Positions 29,762-38,280 are shown, counted from the first letter of the stretch. The stretch is 64,000 bases of DNA from Actinomycetota bacterium (GCA_049325515.1 JBMOLI010000001.1:577171-641170); one strand, 5' to 3'. Numbers and translations: made by a program. Notes: generated by a model from the sequence alone, not told the origin.

Positions 29762-30465
29762 TGGCGCTGCTCGAGGTCGGCTCCCTCAGCGTCGGCTACG
29801 GATTCCCCGTGCTGCTCGGCATCTCCTTCGAGGTGCAAGAGGGTGAGACGGCCGTCCTGTTCGGGCTCAACGGAGCCGGCAAGACGACGACAGTGGCCAC
29901 CATCGCCGGCCTGCTGTCCCCTGACAGCGGATCGATCCGCTTCGACGGCCAGGAGATCGCCGGCCGCTCCCCCGCCGGTCTCGTCGCCGACGGCATCTCC
30001 CTGTCGCCCGAGGGTCGCCGCGTGTTCCCTCGGCTGTCCGTCTCGGACAACCTTCGCATGGGGGCATGGGTGCGACGCCATGACAGCACCGTGATCGACC
30101 AGCAGCGCGAGCTCGTCTACGACTACTTCCCGCGGCTCAGCGAGCGTGCGGGGCAGATGGCCGGCACGCTGTCCGGCGGCGAGCAGCAGATGCTCGCGAT
30201 CGGCCGAGCCCTCATGTCTCGGCCGCGCCTCCTGCTGATCGACGAAGCCTCGCTCGGGCTGAGCCCCACGCTGGCTCGCACGGTCTTCGAGGTCGTCAAG
30301 CGCATCAACGACGATGGGGTGACGGTGCTCATCGTCGAGCAGAACGTGGGCGTGCTGCCGTACGCCGACCGGGCCCTGATCATGGAGAAGGGCACTCTCA
30401 TCTACACGGGCGTCGGCGACGAGATCCGCAACGCCAACCTCCGCGAGACCTATCTGGGAGCCTGA
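29761..30465 (+). CDS. livF: ABC transporter ATP-binding protein (LivF type)
   Basis: Walker A GLNGAGKTT, signature LSGGEQQML, Walker B LLLIDEAS. There is a 1-nt start/stop overlap with livG. Confidence 0.93.
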   Translation: MALLEVGSLSVGYGFPVLLGISFEVQEGETAVLFGLNGAGKTTTVATIAGLLSPDSGSIRFDGQEIAGRSPAGLVADGISLSPEGRRVFPRLSVSDNLRMGAWVRRHDSTVIDQQRELVYDYFPRLSERAGQMAGTLSGGEQQMLAIGRALMSRPRLLLIDEASLGLSPTLARTVFEVVKRINDDGVTVLIVEQNVGVLPYADRALIMEKGTLIYTGVGDEIRNANLRETYLGA

Positions 30466-30466
30466 C

Positions 30467-30958
30467 ATGGACAACGACAAGACCGGCAGCAGCATGGCGA
30501 AGCCGAGGCTGATCTGGAGCCGCTTGGGCGGGCAGCTCGGCGTGGGCCTCTGCGCCATCGGCTTCCTGCTCGTGTTCCTCGGTTGGAACGGCGCTGCCAG
30601 CGTGGACAGGATCCCCAGCCAGTTCCCGTACCTGATCTCCGGTGGCGTTGCCGGGCTGTGCTTCGTGGTGCTCGGCGTCGGCATGCTGGTCGTGCAGAAC
30701 CAGCGGGCCGACCGCGCCGCTCTGCAGGCAACGCTGCGCGAGCTTCAGGAGTCGCTCGAGCGGGCCGGCCTGGCACAGGGCACGGGTGAGCAGCGCAAGG
30801 CGTTCGCCAAGCCCGGCCCGCGGCCACCGGCGCCCGCTCCTGCTGACGTGCCCGCGGACCTCACCCAGGAGATCGAGCTGCCCGACCTCGAGCCCGTCGT
30901 CACCGATGCCAAGCCTGCCGGCCCGCGGCGGGCGCGCAAGAAGCCGCTCAAGGCCTGA
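30467..30958 (+). CDS. Hypothetical membrane protein (2 TM, Pro-rich tail) trailing the liv operon
   Basis: Starts 1 nt after the livF stop. Two hydrophobic helices (LGVGLCAIGFLLVFLGW, GGVAGLCFVVLGVGMLVV), then a coiled, Pro-rich tail. Confidence 0.6.
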   Translation: MDNDKTGSSMAKPRLIWSRLGGQLGVGLCAIGFLLVFLGWNGAASVDRIPSQFPYLISGGVAGLCFVVLGVGMLVVQNQRADRAALQATLRELQESLERAGLAQGTGEQRKAFAKPGPRPPAPAPADVPADLTQEIELPDLEPVVTDAKPAGPRRARKKPLKA

Positions 30959-31250
30959 CGTCTTCTCCGCGATCGTCTCGAGCCCGGCGGGCCTGCCGTG
31001 TGAGGTGCACCGCTGAGCCGCCGATTGCCAGGATCACCAGACCGAGCACTGCGAGCTGGAGCGCTCCCCCACGGTCGCCCGCCTCGGCGGGAGCTGAGCC
31101 GGAGTTGGGCTTCGGCACGATGTCGGGTGCGGGCACCGCGGTCGTTGGGGCCTCTTGCCCCAGCAGCGGCGCCTGCTGGCCTACGACCACCACCACCGAC
31201 AACCCGAGGGCCAGCACGAAGGTGAGCAGGCAACGACGCATGGGTGGCAT
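30948..31250 (-). CDS. Small secreted/anchored hypothetical protein (100 aa)
   Basis: Internal ATG (residue 109) of track ORF 30948..31574, preceded by GGAAGGGGAG. Signal peptide MPPMRRCLLTFVLALGLSVVVVVG and C-terminal TM LQLAVLGLVILAIGG followed by an Arg-rich tail. Confidence 0.5.
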   Translation of the reverse strand: MPPMRRCLLTFVLALGLSVVVVVGQQAPLLGQEAPTTAVPAPDIVPKPNSGSAPAEAGDRGGALQLAVLGLVILAIGGSAVHLTRQARRARDDRGEDVRP

Positions 31251-31261
31251 CTCCCCTTCCG

Positions 31262-31729
31262 CTAGCGGGAGCGGCGACGGCGGCGAGCCGAGTCGGTGGA
31301 CTTTGCCGCTGCGGCGCCCGCCGCGTCGATCGTGACGCTGCTGTCGAGGTCCCAGATCCAGCGTCCACTGTCGTTGCGAAGACGGCCTAGCGGGACGTCG
31401 GCCAGTGCCCGGTCGGTGAAGGCGACTACGTGGTGCCCGGCGGCGAGGCCACGCTTGGCGGCCTGTTCCAGGAACCCGATCGTGCCGTCGAGCGCACCGG
31501 CTGGCGCGCAGACGACGACCTGCGCCACGACGTCGCCCTCGAAGGCCGCCTGCTCCGGGCCGCTCAGGTCCCACTTCACAGAGGGGTCCGCGACGACCGC
31601 GACCATCGCCTCCGGGTGCTGGTGGTGCAGGTGGACGAGCGCCTGGTGCAGCTGGGCCAAGGAGAGGTTGGCCCGCCGGAAGCCGGCAACCATGCCGGCG
31701 TCCACGAGCACGAGGGTTGAGGCGGCCAT
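31262..31729 (-). CDS. Hypothetical protein, possibly NYN/PIN-like (Zc3h12a-type) fold
   Basis: 155 aa. LVLVDAGMVA, AVVADPS, LDGTIGFLEQAAKRG and VVAFTDRALAD loosely resemble the acidic-residue blocks of NYN ribonucleases. The fold assignment is by eye only. Confidence 0.45.
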   Translation of the reverse strand: MAASTLVLVDAGMVAGFRRANLSLAQLHQALVHLHHQHPEAMVAVVADPSVKWDLSGPEQAAFEGDVVAQVVVCAPAGALDGTIGFLEQAAKRGLAAGHHVVAFTDRALADVPLGRLRNDSGRWIWDLDSSVTIDAAGAAAAKSTDSARRRRRSR

Positions 31730-31857
31730 GAGATGACGACGCTAGTGCGCGACCCTTACGGGCCGGAGCGCTGGTGCGACTGTCTCGGGACCTTTGTCAC
31801 ACGCGCCTGGGCCCGCAGACCCTGCCCGCCCCGTCGGCCGTCGACCACGATCAGGCC

Positions 31858-32481
31858 ATGACACGCCCTCTCGATGTCCTCGTCCTGGAGAACCGCCGCA
31901 ACGGCGCACGGATCGCTGCCGAGGAGCTGGAGGCCGCCGGCTACCGGGTCCACCGCTGTCACGAGCCCGACGACCCGTCCTTTCCGTGTCGCGGCGTTGT
32001 CGACCCGAGCGACTGCCCGCTGGAGGGACCGATCGACGTGGCGCTCGTGGTGCGCCAGCACATCCACCCGAACCCCTCCTCGCTGGAGGATGGCGTCGCC
32101 TGCGCGATACGCGCCGGCGTGCCGGTCGTCGAGGATGGGTCCAGCATCCTCGACCCCTTCGAGCCTTGGATCACCGCGCGCGTGGAGCACGACCCGTTGA
32201 CAGTCACCTGCCACCAGGCAGTCGACATGGCGTTTCAACCCATCGTGAACGACGTGCTGCGCCGCTGTCGCCCGCTGCTCGACGCGGCGAGAATCGACCC
32301 CGCCGAGGTGACATGCCGTCTCGAGATGCGCTGGCCGAAGCTGCAGGTGCACGTCGAGGTGCCCGGTCCCGTGTCGGCAGGGATCCGGGAGGCGCTCGCG
32401 GTGCGAGCTCTGGACGCGGTGCGCTCCGATCGCCGCAAGTTCGAGAAGGTCAACGTGCAAGTGCACGAGACCGGAGGCTGA
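31858..32481 (+). CDS. Hypothetical protein (Cys-containing, flavodoxin/receiver-like N-terminus)
   Basis: Internal ATG (residue 29) of track ORF 31774..32481. The protein starts MTRPLDVLVLENRRNGARIAAEELEAAGYRV. I recognise no family. Confidence 0.55.
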   Translation: MTRPLDVLVLENRRNGARIAAEELEAAGYRVHRCHEPDDPSFPCRGVVDPSDCPLEGPIDVALVVRQHIHPNPSSLEDGVACAIRAGVPVVEDGSSILDPFEPWITARVEHDPLTVTCHQAVDMAFQPIVNDVLRRCRPLLDAARIDPAEVTCRLEMRWPKLQVHVEVPGPVSAGIREALAVRALDAVRSDRRKFEKVNVQVHETGG

Positions 32482-32484
32482 CCG

Positions 32485-32907
32485 ATGCAGCAGCAGGCCG
32501 CCAACACAGGCATCGAGCTCATCGACCGAGACGAGTGCCTCGTCCTGCTGGCGTCGGACGAGATCGGTCGCCTTGCCGTGATCGACGGAGCTCGTCCGGT
32601 CATCTTCCCCGTCAACTACGTGCTCCATGGCGAGGACATCGTCTTCCGCACCGCGCCTGGCACCAAGGTCGAGCAAGGTCCTCGCTCGCCAGCCTGCTTC
32701 GAGATCGACGCGTTCGACAGACCCCACAGAGCAGGCTGGAGCGTGCTGGTCACCGGCCGGCTCGAAGAGCTGACCCCCTACGACTCTGCTCACTTCACGC
32801 AAGCCAGCGTGCTTCCGGTGCATCCGTGGGCCGCTGGTGAGAAGAACCACCTGATGCGGCTCGTGGCAGCGACGATCACCGGCCGCAGGATCCGGGGCAC
32901 CGGGTGA
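32485..32907 (+). CDS. Pyridoxamine 5'-phosphate oxidase family (FMN/F420-binding split-barrel) protein
   Basis: ECLVLLASDEIGRLAVIDGARPVIFPVNYVLHGEDIVFRTAPGTK is typical of the Pyridox_ox_2 family. Starts 3 nt after the upstream stop. Confidence 0.8.
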   Translation: MQQQAANTGIELIDRDECLVLLASDEIGRLAVIDGARPVIFPVNYVLHGEDIVFRTAPGTKVEQGPRSPACFEIDAFDRPHRAGWSVLVTGRLEELTPYDSAHFTQASVLPVHPWAAGEKNHLMRLVAATITGRRIRGTG

Positions 32908-33269
32908 GCGCGTCGAACGACTTGGCCGCTCAGGCATCCGAGGTGGTCGCCCCGGCGAAGGTGCTTCGCCTGGCAACGATGATCGACTCGATCGTGGAAG
33001 AGCTGCGGTCGCGCCCAGTGGACGGGGACACACGGGCCCGAGTGCGGATCATGTACCGGGACGTGCTGGTAGAGGTCGGAAGCACCCTGTCGGACCCCTT
33101 GTTGGAGGAGCTGGCCCGCTTCCACCCGAGCGCTCGGGCGACCACCGACGACGTCCTGCGCGTGGACCTGGTGCTCCTCGCCGGCTGGCTGCGCGGCCTG
33201 CGCGACGGCCTCGCTGCGGCCGAGGTGCCATACGACCTCTCGGTGAGGCCGGAGCCCACGGCCGCCTGA
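32904..33269 (+). CDS. DUF2587 / bacterial proteasome activator (Bpa, Rv3780)-like protein, short form
   Basis: GTGA overlap with the upstream stop. PAKVLRLATMIDSIVEELRSRPVD...LLEELARF...LLAGWLRGL mirrors the Bpa core as I recall it (PAKVMRIGTMIKQLLEEVRAAPLD...LREELDRL...LVGWLEGL). The protein ends RPEPTAA, with no GQYL tail. Confidence 0.55.
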   Translation: MSASNDLAAQASEVVAPAKVLRLATMIDSIVEELRSRPVDGDTRARVRIMYRDVLVEVGSTLSDPLLEELARFHPSARATTDDVLRVDLVLLAGWLRGLRDGLAAAEVPYDLSVRPEPTAA

Positions 33270-33297
33270 GGACCCGACCGGACGGACCGCGCAGACC

Positions 33298-33337
33298 GAA
33301 CGGCGGCCGAGTCTCGTGATACCTTGCCGCGCCGTTC
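33298..33337. repeat. Inverted repeat GAACGGCG ... CGCCGTTC (8-bp arms, 24-nt loop) in the intergenic region
   Basis: Read directly: arms at 33298-33305 and 33330-33337, between the DUF2587 gene and the FAD oxidoreductase. It could be a terminator or attenuator. There is no U-tract. Confidence 0.3.
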
Positions 33338-33353
33338 TACGAGGGGGGTCTCA

Positions 33354-34763
33354 ATGGCGCGGGTGGCGATCGTGGGCGGAGGTGTCGTCGGCCTGTGCGC
33401 CGCGCACCTGCTGGGCAAGGACGGGCACGAGGTCACGGTGCTCGAGCGGGACGCGGCACCGCCGCCCGAGCCCGGAGCGGCCTGGAGCGAGTGGGAGCGG
33501 CGCGGCGTCAACCAGTTCCGCATGCTCCACTTCTTCGCGGCGCGCTTCGCCAACCTCATGAAGGAGAACGCGCCTGAGGTCGTCGACGCCCTGCTCGACG
33601 CAGGCGCGCTGCGGATGAACACGTTCCGCGACGCGCCGGTCGAGGTGACGGGTGGGTTTCGTGAGTCGGACGAGCAGTTCGATGCAGTCACGGCACGACG
33701 GCCTGTGGGCGAGGCGGCCATCGCTCGCGTCACCGAGGCCAACCCGAACGTCACCGTCCGTCGCGGCGTGGCGGTGCGCGGACTGCTCACGGGCGAACCG
33801 ACCGGCGCGGGCGTGCCCCACGTCATCGGCGTGCGCACGGAGGATGGCGAGGACGTGCCGGCTGACCTCGTGATCGACGCCTGCGGTCGCCGCTCGATGC
33901 TCCCCACCCTGCTGGCCGACATCGGAGCGCGCGCTCCGATCGAGGAGAAGGAGGACTGCGGGTTCATCTACTACGGCAGGCACTTCCGCTCGTCCGACGG
34001 GTCCGTGCCGTTCATGATGGGCGGCCCGCTCATGCCATATGGCTCGGTGTCGACCCTAACGCTCCCGGCCGACAACGGAACGTGGGGCGTCGGCATGGTG
34101 ACCAGCGCCAAAGACGCCGCTCTGCGAAAGCTCTCGGACGTCGACGTGTGGATGCGCACCGTCAAGAGCTTCCCGCTGGCAGCGCACTGGTTGGACGGCG
34201 AGCCGCTCGATGACGGCGTCGCCGTGATGGCCAAGATCGAGGACCGTCATCGCAGCTTCGTGGTGGACGGGCAGCCGGTTGCGACCGGCGTTCTCCCACT
34301 CGCGGACTCGTGGGCGGCGACGAACCCTTCGGTCGGTCGGGGCATCTCCATCGGCACCATCCACGCCGTCGCCCTCCGCGATCTGCTGCGCGATCTCACC
34401 GGCGACGCAGTGGAGACGGCACTGCGCTGGCACGAGACAACCGTGGAGACCGTCGAGCCCTGGTACCGGGGCACGCTCGCCTTCGACCGAGGGCGTCTCG
34501 ACGAGATCCACTCCGTGCTCGAGGACAGGCCATTCGAGCCGGAGCCCGAGTACGAGACGACCGCACGACTGCAGTCGGCTGCCATGAAGGACCCGGACCT
34601 GCTCCGCGGGATGCTGAGCATCGCGAGCGTTGTGAAGCTGCCCCACGAGGTGCTCGCCGAGCCCGGGGTGGCCGACCGCGTCGACGAGCTGGGCAAGGGC
34701 TGGCGCGACGAGCCGGCGCCAGGGCCCGATCGGCAAGAGCTGCTCGACATCGTGTCGGCCTGA
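33354..34763 (+). CDS. FAD-dependent oxidoreductase (monooxygenase/reductase-like)
   Basis: Internal ATG (residue 11) preceded by GAGGGGGG. Rossmann motif VAIVGGGVVGLCAAHLLGKDGHEVTVLERD and DLVIDACGRRS (GD-type motif). Confidence 0.8.
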   Translation: MARVAIVGGGVVGLCAAHLLGKDGHEVTVLERDAAPPPEPGAAWSEWERRGVNQFRMLHFFAARFANLMKENAPEVVDALLDAGALRMNTFRDAPVEVTGGFRESDEQFDAVTARRPVGEAAIARVTEANPNVTVRRGVAVRGLLTGEPTGAGVPHVIGVRTEDGEDVPADLVIDACGRRSMLPTLLADIGARAPIEEKEDCGFIYYGRHFRSSDGSVPFMMGGPLMPYGSVSTLTLPADNGTWGVGMVTSAKDAALRKLSDVDVWMRTVKSFPLAAHWLDGEPLDDGVAVMAKIEDRHRSFVVDGQPVATGVLPLADSWAATNPSVGRGISIGTIHAVALRDLLRDLTGDAVETALRWHETTVETVEPWYRGTLAFDRGRLDEIHSVLEDRPFEPEPEYETTARLQSAAMKDPDLLRGMLSIASVVKLPHEVLAEPGVADRVDELGKGWRDEPAPGPDRQELLDIVSA

Positions 34764-34774
34764 CAGGAGGACAG

Positions 34775-35587
34775 ATGAAGATCGATTCGAGTGGCGTCGC
34801 TCTCGACGTACAGGTCGAAGGGGAAGGGCGTCCGGTCGTCCTCGTGCACGGATTTCCTGACACGAAGCGTCTGTGGTCGAAGCAGGTCGCCCCACTGGTT
34901 GCCGCGGGGTTCCAGGTCATCACCTACGACCAGCGCGGCTACGGCGCCAGTGACAAGCCGACCGCCGTCGATGACTACGCCATACCGTTCCTGGCGCTCG
35001 ACCTGACTGCAGTCCTCGACGGGCTCGGCCTCGAGCGAGCGCACATCGTCGGGCACGACTGGGGGGCCGCGGTCGTCTGGGCCACAGCAGCGCTGGCACC
35101 TGACCGGGTCGATCACTTGGTGGCGATGTCGGTCGGCCATCCCAGCGCCTTCGGGGCGATGGACATGGCCCAGCGCGAGAGGTCCTGGTACATGCTGCTG
35201 TTCCAGTTCGCGCCGCAAGCCGAGCAGTGGCTGACCGACAATGACGGCGCCCACTTCCGCGAGTGGTGCCACCATCCCGACTTCGACGAGGTCTTCGCAG
35301 AGCTCCAGCGCGACGGCTCGCTCACACCCGGGCTCAACTACTACCGGGCCAACATCACGCCCGACGCCCTGGTCGGACCGCCACTCGAGCTACCGCCGAT
35401 CCAGGCACCCACCATGGGCATCTGGAGCTCCAACGACTTCGCCCTGACCGAACGGCAGATGGAGGCATCCGGCTCCTTCTGTGCCAACGCCTGGCGCTAC
35501 GAGCGCATCGACGGCCCTGACCACTGGGTGCAGTGGGAGGCCCCCGACGATGTGAACCGCCTCCTCATCGACTTTCTGCCCACCTGA
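34775..35587 (+). CDS. Alpha/beta hydrolase (epoxide hydrolase / haloalkane dehalogenase-like)
   Basis: Internal ATG (residue 156 of track ORF 34310..35587) preceded by AGGAGG. HGFPDTKRLW oxyanion motif and the nucleophile elbow VGHDWGA. Confidence 0.88.
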   Translation: MKIDSSGVALDVQVEGEGRPVVLVHGFPDTKRLWSKQVAPLVAAGFQVITYDQRGYGASDKPTAVDDYAIPFLALDLTAVLDGLGLERAHIVGHDWGAAVVWATAALAPDRVDHLVAMSVGHPSAFGAMDMAQRERSWYMLLFQFAPQAEQWLTDNDGAHFREWCHHPDFDEVFAELQRDGSLTPGLNYYRANITPDALVGPPLELPPIQAPTMGIWSSNDFALTERQMEASGSFCANAWRYERIDGPDHWVQWEAPDDVNRLLIDFLPT

Positions 35588-35629
35588 CCCTGTCACTCGG
35601 GCAACGAGGAGTGCGGCGCGGAGGCGACG

Positions 35630-36487
35630 TCAGGCGACGGTTGCGGTGGCGATGCGTTGCGCTCCCCCGAAGACCACATCGTCGCGTCCTGGGAAGAAGG
35701 TGGAGATCGCCTCGTCCGGAGCGAAGTGCTCGACCGCCGTGTACCCGAGCTCCCGCAGAAGCCGCTCGATCTCGGCGGGCCTGAACCGCCTGATGATGGG
35801 TTCACCCATCTCGGCGACGACCCGCCCGAGGATGCCTTGCGTCTCAGCTCCCAGCCCGCTCAATGCCTCAGACGGCAGGTCGTAGGTCAGCACCACTCGT
35901 GAGCCTGGTGCCGAGGCCCGGATCGTCGTCAACGTCGAGACGATGGCCTCGCGCGTGAGGTACATGATGACGCCGATCCACGAGAACACTGCCCGGGCAC
36001 CGAAGTCGAAGCCTGCTTCCTCGAGACCAGCCTCGAGGGTCTGCCGCTCGAAGTCGACCGGGACGTACACCACCTCGATGCCGGGATCTACCCCGAGCTT
36101 GTGCAGCCGTGAGCGCTTCCACCGCTGTGTGTCCGGATGGTCGACCTCGAACACCCGCAGCCGGCCGGCAAGATCGCCGCGCCGGTAGGCGAAGGTATCG
36201 AGACCGGCGCCCAGGATCACGTACTGGGCCGTGCCCTGAGCCAGCTCCCGCTCGACGACCTGTTCCGGCACGCGAGCCCGAACGCAACACCACCGCGTGA
36301 ACGCGAGCAAGCTCTCGGGTGGCAGCTCCGCCTTCAACCGGTCTCGTATCTCAACGCCCTGCTCACCCGCCAGCGAGATCGCGAGCGGATCGTCGAGCAC
36401 CCACGGAGATGGTTCCTCACGATGGATCGCCCGAGCTGCGGCGGTCATCATCGCCGTCCTGCTCGGACCACCAGCCTCTCGGAACAT
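35630..36487 (-). CDS. Class I SAM-dependent methyltransferase (leucine carboxyl MT-like / mycobacterial O-methyltransferase family)
   Basis: Internal ATG (residue 66). RTAMMTAAARAIH and YVILGAGLDTFAYR are hallmarks of this family. Confidence 0.8.
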   Translation of the reverse strand: MFREAGGPSRTAMMTAAARAIHREEPSPWVLDDPLAISLAGEQGVEIRDRLKAELPPESLLAFTRWCCVRARVPEQVVERELAQGTAQYVILGAGLDTFAYRRGDLAGRLRVFEVDHPDTQRWKRSRLHKLGVDPGIEVVYVPVDFERQTLEAGLEEAGFDFGARAVFSWIGVIMYLTREAIVSTLTTIRASAPGSRVVLTYDLPSEALSGLGAETQGILGRVVAEMGEPIIRRFRPAEIERLLRELGYTAVEHFAPDEAISTFFPGRDDVVFGGAQRIATATVA

Positions 36488-36607
36488 GGTCCAAACATAC
36501 GACGAGGTGAGGGACGGCGAGCACGTACTGCTACGAGGCCGTCGCAGCCGACGCTTGGGAGCCGCCTCGTGGTCACGACCCAGGCGCGGCGAAGCCCCAG
36601 ACCTAGA

Positions 36608-36631
36608 ACCTGAGGCTTCTCGGTGGGCCGT
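36608..36631. repeat. Left copy of the 24-bp direct repeat (tRNA-Val 3'-end remnant; attL/attR-like)
   Basis: ACCTGAGGCTTCTCGGTGGGCCGT is 23/24 identical to 39681-39704. A further GGGACT match follows after a short indel. Confidence 0.85.
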
Positions 36632-36642
36632 TACGACGGGAC

Positions 36643-37368
36643 TTAGCGGGCCCACTCCGCCTGCCGGCCCCCGTAGTCCCAAAGAATCGCGACCGGTTGC
36701 TGTCCCGCGGGAACGCTTAGAGTCACGTAGCCGCGCCGACAGCCGCCGCCGGCCGGGATGTCACCCGAGCTCAAGTCTGGCTCTCTGGCGGTGCCGAAGG
36801 CATCGTCGTACACCCTGTTGTCCGCCATACGTGCCGATAGTGCCAGCGAGTTGTAGGCGGCTTCTTCCTGACCCCCAGCGCATACCTCGACATCAAGCAC
36901 GCCGTACTCGAATCCTGGGTCAGGGGTGCTGTACTCGTTTGCCGGAGGCACCGGTTGCTCCCAGGTGAACACCTGGACGGAGCTTCCGTCCACGTACTCG
37001 ATCTTCTCACCCACGGTGTATCTGGGTTTGGTCGTGGTCGTGGTGGTCGGTCTTGTCGTCGTTGTTCGCTCCGCGGTGGTTGTCGTCTGTGCGGTGCTCT
37101 GTTGTCTCTCGGTAGTTGCAGATGTGGCAGCCGTTTCGCCGTTGTCCTTCGCAGGCTCTGCAGCGGACGCAGCACCGAGGGCGACGCCTGCAACCCCAGC
37201 GAGGATGAGGGTCCAAAGTGGTACGCGCCTCCTCCACCACGGCATCGGCCCATCTCCTGAAGCAGCCGGGTCCGGCACCGGCGACGGGCCCGGCTCCGCC
37301 GGGCGAGGCGGATACCACTTCCCGTCGCTGGCCAGCCACCAGCCCGGACCACCACTCTGGTCGCTCAT
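36643..37368 (-). CDS. Type II membrane protein: N-terminal WW-ASDG-WYPP motif, TM, Thr-rich linker, DUF4352-like extracellular domain
   Basis: 241 aa, ATG preceded by GGAG. MSDQSGGPGWWLASDGKWYPP, RRR + TM (LWTLILAGVAGVALGAASAA), TTTTAERTTTTRPTTTTTTKP. The C-terminal block (VGEKIEYVDG..., GVLDVEVCAGG, RGYVTLSVPAG) looks DUF4352-like. Confidence 0.75.
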   Translation of the reverse strand: MSDQSGGPGWWLASDGKWYPPRPAEPGPSPVPDPAASGDGPMPWWRRRVPLWTLILAGVAGVALGAASAAEPAKDNGETAATSATTERQQSTAQTTTTAERTTTTRPTTTTTTKPRYTVGEKIEYVDGSSVQVFTWEQPVPPANEYSTPDPGFEYGVLDVEVCAGGQEEAAYNSLALSARMADNRVYDDAFGTAREPDLSSGDIPAGGGCRRGYVTLSVPAGQQPVAILWDYGGRQAEWAR

Positions 37369-37485
37369 CTGATCTCCGCCCCTTAGCTCCCAGCCAACCT
37401 ACCCTCAGGACCACTGAACAGCTGAGCCGCGCCACAGTAGACCCGGCGTGCGGACCCGGGGCACCACGAGGAGGTCCGAAACGGG

Positions 37486-38280
37486 TCAGCAGATGCCGGT
37501 GGACTGAGCCCCGTAGCGGGCCTGCTCCGGGGTGAACTGACTGCCGTACTCCGAGGACAGCTGGTCGATCAGACCCTGGCACGAGAACGAAGAGAACTCG
37601 AGGTAGTCCTTGGCCGCACCGGCGGCCTGTTCGTTCCAGTCCGGACTGAGATAGTCCACGGCGAACGTGGCATCCGCGACGGAGAACTGGTCGCCGTACT
37701 CCGACGACAACTGGTCGATCAGGCCCTGCCGCGAGAAGTGAGTGAACGCGAGGTAGTCCTCGGCGGCGCCGACGGCTTGCGCCTGGCTGGGACTCATGGA
37801 GGGGGCGGCCTCGGTGGTGGTCGTCGTGGGGGCCGCGGTCGTGGTCGTCGGCCGTTGCGTCGTCGTGGTCGTCGCCTTCCGGGTCGTGGTTGTCTCCACC
37901 AACGCCTCCTCGGACTGGCCACCGTTCGAGCTGGCGGGCTTCGTCTCGTCCATGCTCGCAAGTGGAGCCATCACAGCCACCAGCACTACGAACGCCGCGG
38001 CGATCTGACCCCAGAGCGGCCAGGCTCGGTACCTCCCCCACACCCGCGCTGGCAGACCGAGCTCAGGCCGGGTCGGCGCCTTGGGGGCCGGCGGCGGGGC
38101 CGATGCAACAGCGCGTTCCGGCGGATACCACTTGCCATCGCTCGCGAGCCACCAACCGGGCGCAGGGGGGCGTTCACCAGGGGGCGCTAGGTACTCGGGC
38201 GGTGTCCAGGCCGATTCCGGCGGGTACCACTTCCCGTCACTGGCGATCCACCAGTCCGGGCCTTGACTGTGATCACTCAT
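37486..38280 (-). CDS. Type II membrane protein: 2x WW-ASDG-WYPP motif, TM, Thr-rich linker, 2x Ltp-like (host cell surface-exposed lipoprotein, PF07553-type) repeats
   Basis: Internal ATG (residue 142 of track ORF 37486..38703) preceded by GGGAGGGAGAG. PDWWIASDGKWYPPE and PGWWLASDGKWYPPE. Two repeats of A..DYL.F..FS.QGLIDQLSSEYG.QF match my recollection of the Ltp family. Confidence 0.8.
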   Translation of the reverse strand: MSDHSQGPDWWIASDGKWYPPESAWTPPEYLAPPGERPPAPGWWLASDGKWYPPERAVASAPPPAPKAPTRPELGLPARVWGRYRAWPLWGQIAAAFVVLVAVMAPLASMDETKPASSNGGQSEEALVETTTTRKATTTTTQRPTTTTAAPTTTTTEAAPSMSPSQAQAVGAAEDYLAFTHFSRQGLIDQLSSEYGDQFSVADATFAVDYLSPDWNEQAAGAAKDYLEFSSFSCQGLIDQLSSEYGSQFTPEQARYGAQSTGIC

